A stretch of DNA of 55,241 nucleotides, counting the filler, from Streblomastix strix (Eukaryota), in NCBI GenBank assembly GCA_008636045.1. It is 3 parts of 3 records of this genome, joined end to end, with 100 filler letters (N's around TTAATTAATTAA, not from the genome) between each part and the next. Parts side by side here need not be neighbours in the genome. Positions count along the whole stretch, not along the records: positions 36,898 to 55,241 come from SNRW01000615.1; 2 more parts are not named here. One strand, written 5' to 3'. Below are positions 53,105-55,241 of the stretch, one piece after another. Positions within the stretch are counted from its first letter, which is position 1, and each line of letters opens with the position of its first letter. Below the pieces are notes generated by a model. That model did not search any database and was not told the origin of the DNA. It worked only from the letters and a program-made list of their open reading frames with translations. The translations under genes and the position numbers were made by a program.

Positions 53105-54060
53105 GGATGATAAAATTATCTGAAGAAGGAATTAATTAATTATTTAAAGGACATAGATTTAATACCGTGAAGAGAAACTTTTACTCCCTAGTATTTTTTC
53201 AAGATTGGTTAGATAGATTAAGTATATCATTAGAAGAAATGATGACAAAGAATGCAAAAGTAATATATGAGGAAGTAGTTGCATTCCATACTTAAGAAAA
53301 TTGCTCTGTAGCTTCAGCAAAATAACATAAAGCATGTCTAAATACAATGCTTTCTTTCTTAATTAGATGAAATCTAGCAACCTTATCAACATTAAAACTA
53401 ATAAACGATGCAGTAGTTAATGCTACAATCACAAATAGAAGAAACTAAAGTATTATAAACATATAAATATTGTTCAACGATTGGAGATAAACAAAACCAA
53501 ATAAATAATTAAATAATTATGACTAATAAGTCATGATTGCCTCCTTACTGATGTCATTATGTTTTTTCAGATCAAACGAAATAACTGAAATAAGGCTAAA
53601 GTTCTCAAATATCAAGAAATCGGAGAACCAAGCATCACTTAGATAGGCTCCAAAACAAGCTAATACAATAGAAACATAGGAAGTATATGAAATTGACAAT
53701 GAAATTCTAAGTCCAAAACTAGCAATATATGAATGGATTGACAGAGTAAATAAGCTATTCCCAAAAGATACAGACTTTTTATTGTGACATAAAGCGTTTA
53801 ATAAACCAACAACTACAAAAGATATCAGTCTACAACTTACAAAACTACTAAGAGAACTGAAGATAGTAGAAGCATTAGCATACTCAACACTACACTCTTC
53901 AACAACCGAATTAGCAAAGCTAGATGTCCCAGAAAGAGATCTTGCTACCTTTAAATATCATTCCTTAAACTCACGCACTGTAAAACAATGCTACATCTTC
54001 GCATCCTCAAAAAGAGCAAACGAAATAGCTAGGTAATTAACAAATAATCCATGTAAAGAT
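53101..54060 (+). pseudogene. DIRS tyrosine recombinase
   Basis: ASLLMSLCFFRSNEI (catalytic Arg box), LSPKLAIYEW, AYSTLHSSTTELAK (decayed H-x-x-R box), SRTVKQCY (Tyr box). Two in-frame TGAs. Confidence 0.85.
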
Positions 54061-54083
54061 AATGAAAGGTTAAACTAGGTTTC

Positions 54084-54158
54084 TCAATAAAGAGGTGAGA
54101 TAAGGGGAGAAGGGGGTAACCAATTATTATCCTCATCTCCCTCGGAGACAGGGTAATG
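54084..54158 (-). repeat. 75-bp inverted repeat, right copy, followed by a short complementary copy at 54175-54192
   Basis: tcaataaagaggtgagataaggggagaagggggtaac...cagggtaatg. The 18-mer tctccttatctcacctct at 54175-54192 is identical to 50801-50818. Confidence 0.92.
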
Positions 54159-54423
54159 TTTTGTTGTCCCAAATTCTCCTTATCTCACCTCTGGATCACC
54201 CAAAATATGTATCCCAACCCGAGGTGAAATAAAAATAAAGAGAGAATTCCTTAGAGAACTGATGGATCGAACAAGAGGAATGATGCTGAAGGTGGGCTGG
54301 AGCGCATGGAATGATAATGCAGAGATTAGGACAATATTTTGTAAAAGTTTGATAAGTCTTATAATGAATTATTGATAATTATTAAAAAATGAAATAATAA
54401 AAATATATAAGTGAAAATAAATA

Positions 54424-54600
54424 CAGTGAATTTTGATGTTAATTTCAGCATCTGAGAGATTTCCGAATCTGCAATTGCTTTATCTTCATCAACAAAGTAC
54501 TCCAAGCACTTCACGACATAAAACACCCATGTTGTAAGAAGCTGAACTAGGAAAGTCTTTCCCATAGCTCCACATAATCATTTCTTCTCTATCTTAACTG
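54424..54600 (-). pseudogene. Protein kinase N-lobe fragment (NEK-like)
   Basis: KIEKK*LCGAMGKTFLVQ..FYVVKCLEY..DKAIADSEISQMLKLTSKFTV shows a decayed Gly-rich loop, the VxK lysine and the alpha-C Glu. No catalytic lobe follows. Confidence 0.65.
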
Positions 54601-55241
54601 GGAAATAAATTGAAAAAATATGTTAGCGCGTCTAAGAAGTTAATTGCATACACTCCCCGTATTGGTGAGCAGACATCCATTTTATTTCAGAATATAGATA
54701 TATATAAATAGTTAAATAACATGGAAAAATGAAGTTAAAGAAAAATCAAAATAAAAAATTAACTTTAGGTTAAGAAGAAGATATTAATTTGTTTTATGTT
54801 GTAAATAAGTAATGATAATAATATTAATGAAATTTAAATTGCAGATTAGCAAATCAATTTATTTTTGCAGATGTATCGGAATTTCGAAATTGAAAAAAAT
54901 CCCAGGTGAAATTTGGACGGTTTTCTTGAAAATAGAAAAAAAAATTTAATTATTCTATTAGAGTTTTTTTATTGAGTAAATATTAGCATCTAAAATAAAT
55001 GATAATTATTTGAACGCGGGTAAAATGCATTTGATTGCTTCATCTTTAAATATCTTTAGATATAAAAAGTAAAATAATTTATTTGTTTAATAGTCAGTAA
55101 TTGCGAAGTAAAAAACATCTATGACATATATAAATAAACTCGAAGGCCCCAGAATTTTTCTATAAGAGTTGGAATTGAGCTATACCGTACACGTGCGCGT
55201 ACCACTAAAATTCATTATAAGTCAGGGTAAAAAGAAAAATT

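Larger units (their letters stand above)
49952..54360 (+). mobile_element. Degenerate DIRS-type tyrosine-recombinase retrotransposon (outer boundaries approximate)
   Basis: Same-strand order: Q/S/P-rich ORF1-like region, RT, RNase H, methyltransferase-like domain, tyrosine recombinase. Inverted repeats at 50751 and 54084. Confidence 0.85.

Noticed and set aside
5048..53790. In-frame TGA at several expected Trp positions (WDR19 6088, OTU, RT, YR), suggesting TGA = Trp or readthrough
   Set aside because: TGA also replaces expected Gly, Arg and Cys codons, co-occurs with frameshifts, and terminates intact genes (UTP4, papain-like). Ordinary pseudogene decay explains it.
55183..55206. TA|CCGTACACGTGCGCGTACC, a possible Tc2/pogo-like end (similar TA|CCGT at 11714)
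   Set aside because: Only a few bases match, the two sites are otherwise dissimilar, and no partner is visible near the contig edge.

Overview
Three unrelated, very AT-rich eukaryotic contigs (1-18350, 18451-36797, 36898-55241; lengths 18350/18347/18344) joined by artificial N44-TTAATTAATTAA-N44 linkers. The DNA uses the non-standard code in which TAA/TAG = Gln and TGA is the only stop, so the supplied ORF track is badly fragmented. Code, short AT-rich GT-AG introns and gene families point to a flagellated protist, most likely an oxymonad such as Streblomastix (inference). Contig 1 is one giant palindrome (8974-bp arms, 402-bp spacer; probably a whole-genome-amplification fold-back). Each arm carries a >1000-aa Cys-rich secreted/surface protein and a WDR19/IFT144 pseudogene fragment. 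Contig 2 is a transposon and pseudogene graveyard: a decayed Tigger-type pogo transposase followed by an OTU-like protease domain, an open-frame DD35D pogo transposase cut at a TA by another pogo-type terminus, beta-helix fragments, and a 27-bp-periodic palindrome array. Contig 3 holds a ~1140-aa hypothetical protein, an intron-containing UTP4/cirhin gene, a secreted non-catalytic papain-fold gene, a decayed DIRS-type retrotransposon (RT-RNaseH-MTase-YR) with internal inverted repeats, and a kinase fragment. All protein family calls come from manual translation and motif recognition; no database searches were run. Best novelty candidates are the pogo+OTU arrangement, the possible AT|G split start codons and the periodic palindrome array; none is proven.
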